From assembly GCA_010093995.1 (NCBI GenBank), contig ML992508.1, forward strand, positions 1,427,290-1,481,146: a stretch of DNA of 53,857 bases, given 5' to 3'. Shown here piece after piece: positions 51,601 to 53,857 of this stretch (its first letter is position 1; each line of letters starts with the position of its first letter). The notes under the pieces are model-generated. The model saw only the letters and a list, made by a program, of their open reading frames with translations, did no database searches and had not been told where the DNA came from. Origin of the DNA: Elsinoe ampelina. Lineage: Eukaryota. Both the position numbers and the translations under genes were made by a program.

Positions 51601-52600
51601 ATCTAAATTCTCTATCTTCTCTATTAGTTTATTCGTAGTTTGCTAACTAAGGCTCTCTACTAGAGGTTATATACGTAGGTCTTTAAGCAATTATATAATT
51701 GCAGCTCTACTAAGTTTCTCCTTTATAAGCTACTAGGTAAGACCTACGTCTATGCCGCTAATAAAGGCTTCCTTTAGTTAAGTCTTGCCTAACTAATTGT
51801 GATTTAGTTTATTGTCGGTGTTAGTATATATATTATAGACTTAGGGAGATCTAGACAAGATTAGTCGACGTAAACTAAGGATAAACTATGTCTATAACTA
51901 ACTCTTCGCTGCTAGCTAGTATACTAGTAGCTATCTCGAATGTAGTATAATCGGATATAGCTCTACTAGATAAGGACAACCTCCTAGTACTCCGCCCTAT
52001 AGACGTGCTACTAGTTATACTTACTGTAATTACTTACTCTTTCTCGTGTGTACCTTCTATTATAACCTCGTCTATGTCCTTCTCTTCCTCGTGTACGTCG
52101 CTATTAAGCCTACTATTACTATTACTATCTGTTCTACGTGCTAAAGGTCAAGAGTTAAGGTCGGTAAAGAGACTAAGAGGATTGTCCGCTATGCTATACT
52201 ATATAGTAGGCAAAGGGGGAAGGACACTCTCTGCCGGCTATAGACTTTTATTTCTACTCTAGTGTTTAGTTTAATTCTTAGTTACTGTTATTCGCGGCGG
52301 AGTAAAGTAGACTAGCGAGTTATTTAGCATCGGTAGACTATGTCGTACATTACTAGTAATACTACCTTATTAGCCTTTATTAGATAGTAAGCGCTCTCCC
52401 TTATTAAATAAGTAAGGATTGTTACTAGCGTCGTCTCTACGTAGATGTCTATTGCTACGTTACTCTAGTAAGACTTACGCTATGTTACTTATTAGTAGCT
52501 CTCTCCTCTAGTAATATAGTAGATGTTAGATAAGGCCTCTACTAGATTATATAATCTTCCCGTAGGCCGAGTATTTACTAATTTGCCTTAGTATATCTAT
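48700..52600 (-). pseudogene. Plavaka transposase (PF18759-like) with N-terminal zinc finger; ends approximate
   Basis: De-RIP KCSACGK..S..GLTQH (~52520-52575), VYTEMASSDWWWDIQ..GATIIPLIVASDQTQ (51290-51400), LGNL..RP..LIGLLP (~51170-51245), DYAEQ (~51000), PDILHQLLKGVF (50708-50745), FNFPK (~50240). Confidence 0.82.
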
Positions 52601-53470
52601 ATTTGTCGCTTAAGATCTAAATTTATAGTTAGAGTTAGCTAGTTAAATTTTAGCGATAGTAGGAAGTAGAAAACGTTTAGATACTATATTATATTAGGTG
52701 ACCTAAAAGATAGTTTAACATGCACGGGGAACTAAATTAGTCTACTAAACTAAAGAATTGTATTTTTAGGTAATATAGTTAGACTATTATTTAGTAATCT
52801 TAATTATTATCTACAACAATTATGTTCTTCTTTGCTATAGCTTATTAAAGTTTCTAGATCTCTACTCTTTACTTGTCTATTTCCTCGTAGATAACCTTCT
52901 ATATTATTAATAGCCTACTCTATCTACTATTAAGCCATTCTAGAGGCCTATAGAACAGAGCTATCGGCTTTATTATAAACGCCTCTATATAGTTAGCTTT
53001 CTAAGACTTAATATTCCTACGGACCTAAGCTAGACACTAAAGGATAGATTATAATACTAACGCTATATCGAGCAAGATTATAGTGTCGAAGCGGTTTAGA
53101 TTAAGACTAGTCTTAATAGCTCTACCCTAGGCAATTAAGATCCTTAAGCCTTCTAGCCTATTAGGTTTAATAAATGTATTATTAGATATAGCTACGTCAA
53201 CGATATTTATATAGGCAGGTATAGATATTATTCTATAGTAGACAATAACTATATTAGTATCCTTATCGATTCTAATTGCTTTACTATCTAGGTACTTCTC
53301 GAGCTATTTTAGATACTATGCCCTTATTAGCAATAACCTAAATAGACTAAATAGACCGAACTAACTATCGTAGCGACCGCTAGTACTAATAGTATAAATA
53401 TATAGACGATTACTCGCCTCTTTAGCTCCTTCGAATAGGAGACATTCTACTTAATAATCTCGGAAATAAC

Positions 53471-53857
53471 TATTACAAACTAGTAGGACAAGCTAGAGCG
53501 TAGGGATGTTAGGACTAATTAAACTACTAAGGTTATTACGTGACCTAGCCCGATAATTACCTAGTTCTTTATCTTCTCTAGCGGCTCTACTTCGGAAACT
53601 ATAGAGCATATAGGATTACTAGTAGACATATACTCTATCTTCTCTAGTAGCGCTACTACGGAGCACGTAGAGCATATAGAGTACGTAGTAAAGAATATAT
53701 ATATATAGGAACAGTTCTTACCTTATATAAGTACTATAGTTAACCTTGTCTAGATAGCGAATACTAGTATTACTAAGGCTAGCCTTTATAATACTATCTA
53801 ATTGTACTTTATTATCTATAAGACATACCTTCTCTAACTCTTACCTTAGTACTATAC
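53471..53857 (+). repeat. Gypsy A LTR variant, truncated by window end
   Basis: tattacaaactagtagg start; colinear with the other Gypsy A LTRs except ~53635-53660. Confidence 0.9.

Larger units (their letters stand above)
46670..53470 (-). mobile_element. Plavaka-type DNA transposon with cargo, RIP-inactivated; far end not visible
   Basis: Abrupt junction inside Gypsy A gag; subterminal ~29-bp repeats at 46750-46820; contains a Plavaka transposase pseudogene. Confidence 0.7.

Noticed and set aside
48016..52262. ORFs 48016-48240 and 52005-52262
   Set aside because: Chance frames in RIPped DNA; the second is antisense to the acidic part of the transposase.

Overview
Filamentous-ascomycete genomic DNA. 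About 48 kb is AT-rich, RIP-degraded nested transposons (TpA-rich, CpA/TpG-poor, no long intact ORFs), surrounding one intact 5.4-kb island (22812-28245) with three genes: a spliced ~850-aa secreted Ser/Thr/Pro-rich protein with Cys-rich modules, an ankyrin-like protein with an N-myristoylation motif, and an alpha/beta hydrolase. LTR ends and 5-bp target-site duplications (TSDs) resolve the repeats into three Ty1/Copia families, two chromodomain Ty3/Gypsy families (one as a three-LTR tandem) and a Plavaka-type DNA transposon. Manually reversing RIP reveals hidden accessory genes: a SprT/GCNA-like HExxH metalloprotease inside the Plavaka element (best candidate for an undescribed system), an antisense Zn2Cys6-like ORF in Gypsy A, and an antisense DUF3716-like ORF in Copia A. 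The island is bounded on both sides by inward-pointing Copia 3' LTRs about 220-240 bp upstream of the outer genes' start codons. Family assignments come from motif recognition only; no searches were run.
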